The position numbers and the translations under genes were made by a program. 64,000 nt of DNA, taken from the NCBI GenBank assembly GCA_003171065.1, contig PMXQ01000149.1:57490-121489 (forward strand). The letters run 5' to 3'. The notes beneath the pieces were generated by a model. The model was not told where the DNA came from, made no database searches, and worked only from the letters and a program-made list of their open reading frames with translations. This document shows, one piece after another, positions 46,965 through 55,296 of this stretch (the stretch's first letter is position 1; the number at the start of each line of letters is the position of its first letter). The stretch is from Chloroflexota bacterium (lineage in GTDB: Bacteria > Chloroflexota > Limnocylindria > Limnocylindrales > CSP1-4).

Positions 46965-47636
46965 GTGCAATCGATTGACGTCGCCCGAACGATCATCTGG
47001 ATCGCGCTTTTCTTCCTGGTAGCCGGGCCGGTTCACGAATGCGCCCATGCTTATGCGGCGCTGCGACTGGGCGACGGCACCGCCAAGCTCTTCGGCCGCG
47101 TCTCCCTCGATCCGGTCGTCCATTTCGATCCGGTGGGCGGGATGTTGTTGGTCTTCACGGCGTTGCTGGGCCTCGCCTACGGGGGCGGGCTGGCCTTCGG
47201 CTGGGCCAAGCCCACGCCGGTCAACCCGTACAACCTTCGGGGCCGCTACGCGGACGCCAGGGTGGCTGCGGCGGGTCCGCTGTCGAATCTGGCGATGGCG
47301 GCGGCATTTGCCGTGGGAGCCCGAATCCTGTGGTCCGACGGCTACTACCCGGGCAACGACTCGGCAATGGACATGCTGGAACTCGTGTTCGTCACCGGCG
47401 TCTCGCTCAACGTAGTCCTGATGCTCTTCAACCTGGTGCCGGTGGCACCCCTCGATGGCTCGCACGTCCTGATCGATCTGCTCGATCCGGCGACCGGACG
47501 GCAGGTCCAGCAGTTCATGAACCAGTACGGCCTGATGCTCCTGATCGTGGTCGTGCTGCTCGCGGGTCAGATCATCGGGCCATTCGTCGGCTCCCTGGTC
47601 AATCTCCTCATCGGATTCCAGTACTACATCGTCTAG
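46965..47636 (+). CDS. Site-2 protease family zinc metalloprotease (peptidase M50B, small membrane-embedded form)
   Basis: HExxH (VHECAHAYAA) in a transmembrane helix and NLxPxxPLDG (NLVPVAPLDGSH). Confidence 0.75.
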   Translation: MQSIDVARTIIWIALFFLVAGPVHECAHAYAALRLGDGTAKLFGRVSLDPVVHFDPVGGMLLVFTALLGLAYGGGLAFGWAKPTPVNPYNLRGRYADARVAAAGPLSNLAMAAAFAVGARILWSDGYYPGNDSAMDMLELVFVTGVSLNVVLMLFNLVPVAPLDGSHVLIDLLDPATGRQVQQFMNQYGLMLLIVVVLLAGQIIGPFVGSLVNLLIGFQYYIV

Positions 47637-47637
47637 C

Positions 47638-48129
47638 GTGCGCAGCTGGTGGGCGGCGAAGATCAAGCGGACCTTGTCGTACGCTCGCGCGCGGTTGGCG
47701 CCGTCGGAGCGCGACGAGCTGACGACCTGGCTGACTCCCGCGCAGATGTCCCTCTTTGATCGGATGCAAGTCGCGGATCGGCGCCACAGCCTGGACGTGG
47801 CCACCGCGCTGCGGAAGGGAGGGGCATCGGATCCCGACCTCCTCGTGGCGGCTCTGCTGCACGACTGCGGCAAGGGACCGCACGTCCGCCTCGTGCATCG
47901 CGTGGCCTGGTCGCTTGGACAACGCTACGGGGAATGGATCTGGCGAGCGTCGAGCCACATGCCGACATTCCGAGACGGGTTGGACCGGCTCCGCGCTCAT
48001 GCCGAGCGCTCGGCCGAGCTCGCCGCGGCGGCGGGCTGCAGCCCGCGCACGGTGGAGTTGATCCGCCTGCAGGAGAATCCGGTCGATGAAGCGGGCAGGC
48101 TCCTGCACGCGGTCGACGAGGCGAATTGA
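47638..48129 (+). CDS. HD-domain phosphohydrolase-like protein
   Basis: H..HD motif (RRHSLDV...LLHDCGK). Overlaps the M50 stop. Confidence 0.6.
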   Translation: MRSWWAAKIKRTLSYARARLAPSERDELTTWLTPAQMSLFDRMQVADRRHSLDVATALRKGGASDPDLLVAALLHDCGKGPHVRLVHRVAWSLGQRYGEWIWRASSHMPTFRDGLDRLRAHAERSAELAAAAGCSPRTVELIRLQENPVDEAGRLLHAVDEAN

Positions 48130-49034
48130 TGACGTCCGCTGAGACGAGGTCTCCAGGGCGGGTCTCGCGCGCCGACGCTGCGCGGGCCGCGGCGCTGGCC
48201 CGGCTCGGCTCGGCGCCCGAGGTGATCTTGAACGAGGGGCGGCTCGACCGGGCCACGCACGTTCGGATGGGAGAGTTCGACGGACCTCTGGCGCTCCTGC
48301 TGGCCCTGATCGAGGCCCGTCAGCTGGACGTGCTGACAGTGCCGCTGGGGGGCCTGGCGGAGGCCTATCTCGACGCCCTGGCCACGCTCGAAGGAGACCG
48401 GCTGGGGAGCGTCTCCGCGTTCGTGGCTGTTGCCGCGCAGCTGATCCTGATCAAGAGCCGGGCAATCCTGCCTCGGCCGCCGAAGGTTGCGGCGGTGCCG
48501 CTCGACGAAGAGCCCGATCCCGAGGCTGAGCTGCGGGCGCGGCTCATCGAATATCGCCGGTTCCGCGACGCGGGTGCCGCGCTGGGCGAGCGGCTCGGCG
48601 TCCACCGCCTCTTCCGCCGCGACGCGGAGGTTGCCGCCCTCGCCGGCAGGACCGGCGCACGCCCGCCGGAGAGGCCAGCACTGCCGCCGTCGGTCCTGCC
48701 CGGGGCGCTCGGCAGGCTGGCTGAGATCGTTCCGCCTGCGCAGCCCGCCACCGAGACCGTCGCCAGGGTCGTCACTCTGGCGGAGCGGGCGGCGGTGATT
48801 CGCGCGGCGCTCTCGCAGGCGGATCATGTCGTGCTGCAGGAGCTGCTCAGTGGCGTGCGGGACCGGGTCGTGGTCGCCGTCACCTTCCTGGCGCTGCTGG
48901 AGCTCTTCAAGCGCCGCGAGATCACGCTCGAGCAGGCGGAGCCGTGGGGACCGATCGTAGCGCGACGCGTAACCGCCACCGGGTCGTTCGACATCGAAGC
49001 CGAGATCGACGAGAGTCTGAGTTCGTTCACATGA
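48126..49034 (+). CDS. scpA: Segregation and condensation protein A
   Basis: ScpA kleisin N-terminus (FDGPLALLLALIEARQLDVLTVPLGGLAEAYL) and C-terminal winged helix. Confidence 0.85.
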   Translation: MMTSAETRSPGRVSRADAARAAALARLGSAPEVILNEGRLDRATHVRMGEFDGPLALLLALIEARQLDVLTVPLGGLAEAYLDALATLEGDRLGSVSAFVAVAAQLILIKSRAILPRPPKVAAVPLDEEPDPEAELRARLIEYRRFRDAGAALGERLGVHRLFRRDAEVAALAGRTGARPPERPALPPSVLPGALGRLAEIVPPAQPATETVARVVTLAERAAVIRAALSQADHVVLQELLSGVRDRVVVAVTFLALLELFKRREITLEQAEPWGPIVARRVTATGSFDIEAEIDESLSSFT

Positions 49035-49756
49035 GTTCGGAGGAAGAGGCCGGTTTGGAGATCGAGACCCAGGCTCGCGGAATCGTGAAGGGCGAAAAGG
49101 CGGACGAGACGGCGGATTCGGCCGGTGGGTCCGGGTTGCTTGCCGGGCCCGGCGATTTGACGGAGGCGCAGCTCGAGGCGCTGCTCTTCGTGGCCGAGAA
49201 GCCGCTTGCCCGCGCCGAGATTGCCCTCCTTGCCGGGGTGGACCGCCAGACGGTGGACGCCCGGATCGGCGACCTGGCGGTCAGCCTGGGCGAGCGTGGC
49301 ATCCGGCTCGTGGAGGCGGGCGAGAGAGTGGAGCTTGCCACGGCGCCGGAGGCCGGTGCGCTGATCGCCCGCTACGTCGGTGCGGACGCGCCGCGGCTCT
49401 CTTCGCCCTCGCTGGAGACACTGGCCATCGTCGCCTATCGTCAGCCCTGCACGCGCGCCACCATCGAGCGGATTCGAGGCGTCGACTCGGAGTACACGAT
49501 CCGGACGCTGCTCCACCGCCGCCTGCTCGCGGAGCTCGGCCGCTCGGCGGCCCCGGGCCGCCCGATCCTGTACGGGACCGGCTTCGACTTCCTGGAGCGG
49601 TTCGGCATGACGAGCCTCGACGAGCTGCCGCCGCTGGATGCGCCGATTGCCGAGCGGCTATTCGCGCCCGGCGACGAGGAAGAAGCCTCGGGCGGCACGG
49701 CGGCCGGGACGGGGTCGGTCGACGCCGCGGCCGACTCCGAGAGCGGAGTCGGCTGA
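49031..49756 (+). CDS. scpB: Segregation and condensation protein B
   Basis: LEALLFVAEKPL, SLETLAIVAYRQPCTRATIERIRGVDS are ScpB winged-helix repeats. ATG overlaps the scpA stop. Confidence 0.85.
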   Translation: MSSEEEAGLEIETQARGIVKGEKADETADSAGGSGLLAGPGDLTEAQLEALLFVAEKPLARAEIALLAGVDRQTVDARIGDLAVSLGERGIRLVEAGERVELATAPEAGALIARYVGADAPRLSSPSLETLAIVAYRQPCTRATIERIRGVDSEYTIRTLLHRRLLAELGRSAAPGRPILYGTGFDFLERFGMTSLDELPPLDAPIAERLFAPGDEEEASGGTAAGTGSVDAAADSESGVG

Positions 49757-49757
49757 A

Positions 49758-50609
49758 GTGACTCGCGAGCGGCTGCAGAAGGTGATCGCCTCTGCGGGCA
49801 TCGCCTCACGACGCTCGGGCGAGGATCTGATCCGGGCCGGGCGAGTCACGGTGGACGGGCGGGCGGCAGTCCTGGGTGAGCAGGTCGATCCCGACATGCA
49901 GCGTGTGCTGGTAGACGGGAAACTGCTCCCGGCGATCGAGCGCCAGCGTTCGTACTGGATGCTCAACAAGCCTGCCGGAGTTGTCTCGACCGTCCGGGAC
50001 CGCCACGCCGAACGAACGGTGATAGAGCTGCTGCCACCGAATGCCCGCCGGGAGGCGCGCCTCTATCCGGTCGGCCGCCTGGACGAAGATTCGGAGGGGC
50101 TGCTGCTCTTCACCAACGACGGTGCCTGGGCTAACCTGCTGCTGCACCCCCGCTACGGCGTAGAGCGCGAGTACATGGTCGGCCTGGACCGATCGGTCAC
50201 CAGGCAGCAGAAGCTGGCGCTGCGCACCGGCATCGAGCTCGAGGAGGGTCTGGCCCGAGTCGACATGCTGGAGGACGCCACTCCCGCCCAGGTTCGAAAG
50301 CTGCTCGATCTGCTGGCGCCGCCCCACGCGGAGCTGCGCTGGTATCGCGTCGTGCTGGCCCAGGGCTGGAAACGGCAGATACGCCGGATGTTCGACGCCG
50401 TCGGCCAGCCGGTGCGGCGGCTGGTTCGGGTGCGAGTCGGCTCGCAGAAGCTGGCGGACATACACGCCGGTGAGGCTCGACCGCTCGCCCACCACGAAGT
50501 CACGCAGCTCGCGTCGTGCGCCCGGAGGCCGACGACAACGCGACCGGCCAGGCCCGCCGCGCCGGTTGCGCAGCCGGGCGCCCCGGCGGGTCGCGACTCG
50601 CCCGAATAG
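49758..50609 (+). CDS. rluB: 23S rRNA pseudouridine synthase, RsuA/RluB family
   Basis: S4 domain RLQKVIASAGIASRRSGEDLIRAGRVTVDG and catalytic VGRLDEDSEGLLLFTNDG. Confidence 0.85.
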   Translation: MTRERLQKVIASAGIASRRSGEDLIRAGRVTVDGRAAVLGEQVDPDMQRVLVDGKLLPAIERQRSYWMLNKPAGVVSTVRDRHAERTVIELLPPNARREARLYPVGRLDEDSEGLLLFTNDGAWANLLLHPRYGVEREYMVGLDRSVTRQQKLALRTGIELEEGLARVDMLEDATPAQVRKLLDLLAPPHAELRWYRVVLAQGWKRQIRRMFDAVGQPVRRLVRVRVGSQKLADIHAGEARPLAHHEVTQLASCARRPTTTRPARPAAPVAQPGAPAGRDSPE

Positions 50610-50638
50610 TCCGGGCTCCGGGACGGTATCCTCGGGCC

Positions 50639-51370
50639 ATGAGCACCGACCAGCGCTCCGACCGGACCGTCGCCGGGCACCGCCTCGTGGTGGCCGTCGA
50701 CGGCCCGAGCTCGAGCGGCAAGAGCACCGTCGGCGCCGAGGCCGCCCGCCGACTCGGCTACCGCTTCTGCGACACCGGCCTGCTGTACCGCGCCGTGGCC
50801 TGGCTGGCCGTCGAGCGCGGCATCTCGCCCGATCAGACGGCGGCGCTGGTGCCGCTGGCGGGAGAGGTGGAGCTCGTCGCCGACAGGCGCGGCCGGCTGC
50901 GCCACGTGGAGGCCGCAGGTCGGGACGTGACCGCGGAGGTTCGCGGGCCCGCGGTGGATCGCGCCGTCTCGGATTACTCCAAGGTGCCGGAGCTGCGGGC
51001 GGCCCTTGTGCCCCGCCAGAGAGCGCTCGCCGGCGATGGCGGGATAATCATGGCCGGCCGGGACATCGGAACCGTCATCCTGCCCAAGGCCGACGTGAAG
51101 ATCTACCTCTACGCCTCGCCGGAGGAACGGGCTCGCCGGCGAGCCGCTCAGCGCAAGGTCGCCGGGAACGAAACAGCGGCCAGCGGGATTCTGGAGGATA
51201 TGCGCCGTCGCGACACCATCGACTCCGAGCGGGAGACTGCGCCGCTGCGCACCGCCGAGGACGCGATCGTGGTCAAGACGGACGGCAACACGTTCACGCA
51301 GACCGTCGCGACCGTGGTTCGGACGATCAGGCAAGCCGAAGCGATCCGAGGAGGGGATCGTGGCCGGTAG
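50639..51370 (+). CDS. cmk: Cytidylate kinase
   Basis: VVAVDGPSSSGKSTVGAEAARRLGYRFCDTGLLYRAV is the canonical Cmk N-terminus. Confidence 0.9.
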   Translation: MSTDQRSDRTVAGHRLVVAVDGPSSSGKSTVGAEAARRLGYRFCDTGLLYRAVAWLAVERGISPDQTAALVPLAGEVELVADRRGRLRHVEAAGRDVTAEVRGPAVDRAVSDYSKVPELRAALVPRQRALAGDGGIIMAGRDIGTVILPKADVKIYLYASPEERARRRAAQRKVAGNETAASGILEDMRRRDTIDSERETAPLRTAEDAIVVKTDGNTFTQTVATVVRTIRQAEAIRGGDRGR

Positions 51371-52070
51371 GAGGCTGCCGTTCTTCCCGCGGTTCTCCGG
51401 CGCCGTCCTTCGACTCGCCGCAGCGTGCCTCACGCGCGTCGGACGTGAGGGCTTCGAGAACATGCCAGCGTCGGGACCGCTCCTGGTCATCTGCAACCAC
51501 GCCTCCAACGCGGACGGGATCCTGTTGATGGCCTACGTCGTGCCCGCGATGAAGCGGCCGATGGCATGGCTCGGCAAGGAAGAGGCCTTGCGGTGGCCGC
51601 TCTTCGGCTGGGCGATGAGACACAACGGGATCTTCGGAGTCCGCCGCGGCGCAGGGGATCTTGAGGCGTTCAAGCTGGCCAAGCGCGTACTGGACGAAGG
51701 CCGCGTGCTGGCCATCTTCCCGGAAGGCACTCGCTCGCCGACGGGCGCCCTCCAGGAGGCCAAGGAAGGCGCCACGGTGCTGGCCGTGCGGAGCGCGGCG
51801 CCGATTCTGCCGATCGCCATCGTCGGATCACAGCGCTTCTGGCCGAGGGGCAAGTTCCTGCCGCGCCCGGGGCGGCGGATGACGGTCAGGGTGGGGGAGA
51901 CCTTTACGCTGCCGATGCCGAAGGGGGCCGACCGCCGCGAGTCGCTGCGCGCCGCCACAGCGGAGATGATGCGCCACGTCGCGGAGCTGCTTCCCGAAGA
52001 GCAGCGCGGGGTCTATGCCGGGACGGTTGGTGTGGCTGAGCAGGCGCTCCCCACTACGGCAGCGCAGTGA
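51360..52070 (+). CDS. plsC: 1-acyl-sn-glycerol-3-phosphate acyltransferase
   Basis: Acyltransferase motifs NHASNAD and FPEGTRS. Confidence 0.8.
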   Translation: MAGRRLPFFPRFSGAVLRLAAACLTRVGREGFENMPASGPLLVICNHASNADGILLMAYVVPAMKRPMAWLGKEEALRWPLFGWAMRHNGIFGVRRGAGDLEAFKLAKRVLDEGRVLAIFPEGTRSPTGALQEAKEGATVLAVRSAAPILPIAIVGSQRFWPRGKFLPRPGRRMTVRVGETFTLPMPKGADRRESLRAATAEMMRHVAELLPEEQRGVYAGTVGVAEQALPTTAAQ

Positions 52071-53547
52071 TCAGCCAGGAAGTTCCGGTTTGCGAGCCGC
52101 CCGCCGCGCCGACGGCGATCAGGCCGCCTGGGACCATGTAGTCGTCAATGGTCGAAGGGATGGCGGCCGTCGCGCCCGAGAATGGGAGCTGCTGCCAATC
52201 GAGGCCGTCGAGGGATGTCCAGATTGCGAGCTGGAAGGCGGCATCCTGGCCAACGGCGATCAGGCGCGCCCCGTCGCCCTCGATCGTATACGCCGGCAAG
52301 GTGGGAACCCCAGGCGACACTGCCGGCGCTCCGAAGTAGGCGATATCGGGCGCGAGAGCGATCGGCTTCCAGGTGCGGCCATCGGTCGAGGTCCAGGCAG
52401 TCGAGCCTGATTTGCCGCCCGAAGCCGAACCAACCGCGACCATGCCCTGAGCGCCGACAGCGATTGCTCCGAGGTCCGAACCCACGCCGCCGGTGCGCTG
52501 AACTGAAGCTCGCGTCCATGTCTGGCCATCGGTCGACCACCACGCGGCCGCGACGCCCGTCGAAGGAAGCGAGACGCAGCAAACTGGCGCCTGGCCACCG
52601 ACGGCCCCGCCGGCCACGTAGCCCCAGCTGGTCGCCGAGACGCTGGAGAAGTGCGCGTCCTTGAACCCGGCCGCCGGCAGCGTGAGGCGCTGCCATGCGG
52701 CGCCGGTGGCGGATACCCAGATGGCGGTCTTGTTCCAGCCGGTGTCGCCGACGGCCACGAGACCCTGTGAGCCGGCGGTGACGCCCTCGATCGTCGCGCC
52801 CTTGAACGTCGAGATGTCGGCGACTTGCGTCCAGCTGACCCCGTCGGGCGAGGTCCAGAGCATGACCGGCCTCGGTTCGCACGTGGTCCCACCCTCGCCC
52901 GAGCCGCTGCAGACCGGCTCGCCGGCCCAGCCCCAGGCCAGCAGGCCGGAGGCCGTGTGCACCAGGCCATTGATCTGCGAGTCCGGAAACGCCGTGGTGT
53001 CGATGTTCAGACGAGTCCAAGTCGTCGCGTCCGAGGAACTCCAGAAGCCTGGCTGCTGGTTCGGGTTGTCTCTCTGGACCTGCGCGGCGGCGATGTATCC
53101 GCCGTTCCAGGTCACGATGTCGTCGATCGCTTGGGCGCCCGGGAAGGCGGAGGGGGCCGACCAGCGCAGCCCGTGCCAGTCGCCGGTAATCGGGGACGTG
53201 GCCGACGGGGCCGTGACCGGCGTGGCCGACGGGGTCGGCGTCGCGGCCGACCCGGAAGGGGCCGGGCCGGTCGGCGTGGCCGACGGGCTAGCGCTCGACG
53301 CAGGACCGAGGTTGGAGCCGCGCAGCCCCAACGCGGCCACGATGATGGCGCCGACCACGACGACGGCCGCCACGGCACGCAGCGAGGCCATCCACCCCGA
53401 GACGTGCGGAGAGCGTACGAGATTACGGCGTGTCGGCATCGCGTCCGGCACCGCGGCGATGCGCCGGCGAAGCTCGTCGCGCACGGGCCCTGGATCGTCC
53501 TTCTGCAGCGCGGTCCGCACCTCGCCTTCGAGTCGCTCGTCGTTCAT
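52054..53547 (-). CDS. Putative anti-sigma factor: cytoplasmic N-terminus, one transmembrane helix, Ala/Pro/Ser/Thr linker, large extracytoplasmic BNR/Asp-box repeat (beta-propeller-like) domain
   Basis: Co-directional with the ECF sigma gene and start overlaps its stop. Transmembrane helix AVAAVVVVGAIIVAAL. Repeated S-x-D-G-x-x-W motifs (SPDGVSWTQ, STDGQTWTR, STDGRTWKP, SLDGLDWQQ). Confidence 0.65.
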   Translation of the reverse strand: MNDERLEGEVRTALQKDDPGPVRDELRRRIAAVPDAMPTRRNLVRSPHVSGWMASLRAVAAVVVVGAIIVAALGLRGSNLGPASSASPSATPTGPAPSGSAATPTPSATPVTAPSATSPITGDWHGLRWSAPSAFPGAQAIDDIVTWNGGYIAAAQVQRDNPNQQPGFWSSSDATTWTRLNIDTTAFPDSQINGLVHTASGLLAWGWAGEPVCSGSGEGGTTCEPRPVMLWTSPDGVSWTQVADISTFKGATIEGVTAGSQGLVAVGDTGWNKTAIWVSATGAAWQRLTLPAAGFKDAHFSSVSATSWGYVAGGAVGGQAPVCCVSLPSTGVAAAWWSTDGQTWTRASVQRTGGVGSDLGAIAVGAQGMVAVGSASGGKSGSTAWTSTDGRTWKPIALAPDIAYFGAPAVSPGVPTLPAYTIEGDGARLIAVGQDAAFQLAIWTSLDGLDWQQLPFSGATAAIPSTIDDYMVPGGLIAVGAAGGSQTGTSWLITALP

Positions 53548-54116
53548 CGGAGACCTCCCGGCGTGCGCTCGGCGGCTTCGAGAGCCGCTCGCATCTGGCG
53601 CAGCGCGTAATGGAGACGCGACTTCACTGTGCCCTCTCGGGCGCCCGTCCGCGCTGCAATCTCGCCAGGCGTCAGTTCGGCGATGTAGCGCAGCACGACG
53701 GCGATGCGATGGTCGGCGTCGAGTGTCGCCAGGGCACGATGGAGGACGTCGCGGTCGCCGAGGCGGGCGAGTGAATCAGGACCGGGCGCCTCGGGCGGGT
53801 CGGCCAGGACCAGCGGGCGGATCGAGCGCCCGCGCATTCGGGCGCGGCAGCCGTTCACGAGGATCCGGTCGAACCAGGCGTCCATCCGTTCCTGGTCGCG
53901 CAGTTCCTTCCAGTGGAGCCAGGCTTGTACCGCCGCGTCGTGCACGGCGTCCTCGGCCTCGGATGGGTCCCGGAGAATGAGGCCTGCGAGGCGGTATGCG
54001 CGTTCGAGCCGGCCTTGCGTGAACTGCTCGAACGCTGCCAGGCGCTCGGCCTCCGGCCCCTCCGACGTACGAGCCCCCACGTGGATCGCTCCCTCCAGGT
54101 GCTGGATGGCCATCAT
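53544..54116 (-). CDS. ECF (group IV) RNA polymerase sigma factor
   Basis: Region 2 (AEDAVHDAAVQAWLHWKELRD) and region 4 (LTPGEIAARTGAREGTVKSRLHYALRQ). Confidence 0.85.
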   Translation of the reverse strand: MMAIQHLEGAIHVGARTSEGPEAERLAAFEQFTQGRLERAYRLAGLILRDPSEAEDAVHDAAVQAWLHWKELRDQERMDAWFDRILVNGCRARMRGRSIRPLVLADPPEAPGPDSLARLGDRDVLHRALATLDADHRIAVVLRYIAELTPGEIAARTGAREGTVKSRLHYALRQMRAALEAAERTPGGLR

Positions 54117-54256
54117 GCTCTACAGATGCGGGCGCTGCTGGTCCCGTTCAATCTTCGTCCGCTGCGGTGTGGCTGGCGCGGACGGCCGCGTCTTCGCGAT
54201 CGCGGTTCTGAGGGCGAGACGACCGGGCCCGATCGGGCATGGCTCCCTTCAAGTGC

Positions 54257-54262
54257 GATACT
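54257..54262 (+). promoter_or_regulatory. -10 hexamer GATACT 8 nt upstream of the ispH ATG
   Basis: gcGATACTtaaccgacATG, in the divergent intergenic region shared with the minus-strand ECF sigma gene. Confidence 0.45.
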
Positions 54263-54270
54263 TAACCGAC

Positions 54271-55236
54271 ATGGGTAACGTTCGAGAAGTCCGCATAGCC
54301 AGGCGCACGGGGTTCTGCTACGGCGTGCGCGAGGCGATCGACAAGGCCAAGGAAGCGGCTGCGGCCGGCAAGGTGACGCACACGCTCGGCCAGGTCGTCC
54401 ACAACGAGGGCGTCATCGCCGCGCTCCAGGCCCAGGGGATCGAGACGGTCGACTCGCTGGACCAGGTCACCGGGGGCGCCGCAGTCGTCATTCGAGCCCA
54501 CGGCGTCCGGCCGGACGTGCTTCGGAGTGCTGAGGAGCGCGGCCTGGACGTAATCGACGGCACCTGCACCTGGGTGATCCAGGAGCAGCGCGAGATCACC
54601 AAGCTCGTCGAGGAGGGGTACGCGATCGTCCTGCTCGGCACGCCGCGCCACCCCGAGGTCGTCGGCCTGCTCGGCTTCGCGCCGGACGCGATCGTGGTGG
54701 ACGAAGAAGAGGACTGGGAGCAGATCCCGCGTCGGAAGAAGATGGCATTGCTCAGCCAGAGCACGCAGCCGCCCTGGAAGTTCGAGAAGCTGGCCGCCTT
54801 CATGGTTGGCCGCTGCCACGAGCTCAAGATCGCCAACACCGTCTGCCCGGTCACGATCCACCGCCAGCAGGACACCATCGAGGCCGCCCGAGGGGTCGAT
54901 CTGATGCTGGTGGTCGGCGGTCGATCGAGCGCGAACACCAAGGAGCTGACCCGGCTGTGCGGGATCGTCGGGACGCGGGCGATCCAGATCGAGTCGGAGC
55001 GGGACCTCCAGGACGAGGCCATCTTCGGCGACGCGCAGGTCGTCGGCGTAACCGGGGGCACGTCGACGCCGATCGAGGATCTGCGCTGCGTGGCGGAGCG
55101 AGTTCTGTGCCTGGCGGGCACGCCGGAGACGGCGGCGCACGCCGAGGAACTGGCCGGGGCCGCCCTGGCTGCCGCCGCCACTCCGGCCGGCCGGACCACG
55201 TCGCTGTTGGACCCGCAACTCGCCGTCGCGCGCTGA
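54271..55236 (+). CDS. ispH: 4-hydroxy-3-methylbut-2-enyl diphosphate reductase (IspH/LytB)
   Basis: GFCYGVREAIDKA, conserved Cys (TCTWV, CPVT), SANTKEL. ATG at 54271 sits 8 nt after GATACT. The 5' part of track ORF 53704.. is rejected. Confidence 0.9.
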   Translation: MGNVREVRIARRTGFCYGVREAIDKAKEAAAAGKVTHTLGQVVHNEGVIAALQAQGIETVDSLDQVTGGAAVVIRAHGVRPDVLRSAEERGLDVIDGTCTWVIQEQREITKLVEEGYAIVLLGTPRHPEVVGLLGFAPDAIVVDEEEDWEQIPRRKKMALLSQSTQPPWKFEKLAAFMVGRCHELKIANTVCPVTIHRQQDTIEAARGVDLMLVVGGRSSANTKELTRLCGIVGTRAIQIESERDLQDEAIFGDAQVVGVTGGTSTPIEDLRCVAERVLCLAGTPETAAHAEELAGAALAAAATPAGRTTSLLDPQLAVAR

Positions 55237-55296
55237 CCGAAGGCCTCCTCGCCGGGGTCGGTCGCGCTGGGCGCACCGCGGCCCCATAATCCACGC

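Noticed and set aside
52661-53980. 439-aa plus-strand ORF overlapping the minus-strand anti-sigma and sigma genes.
   Set aside because: The translation is Arg/Pro/Gly-rich. The minus strand encodes a bona fide ECF sigma factor and a transmembrane plus BNR-repeat protein.
53704-54270. N-terminal extension of the ispH ORF on the track.
   Set aside because: IspH homology starts at MGNVREVRIARRTGFCYGVREAIDKAK (ATG 54271). The upstream portion is antisense of the ECF sigma gene.
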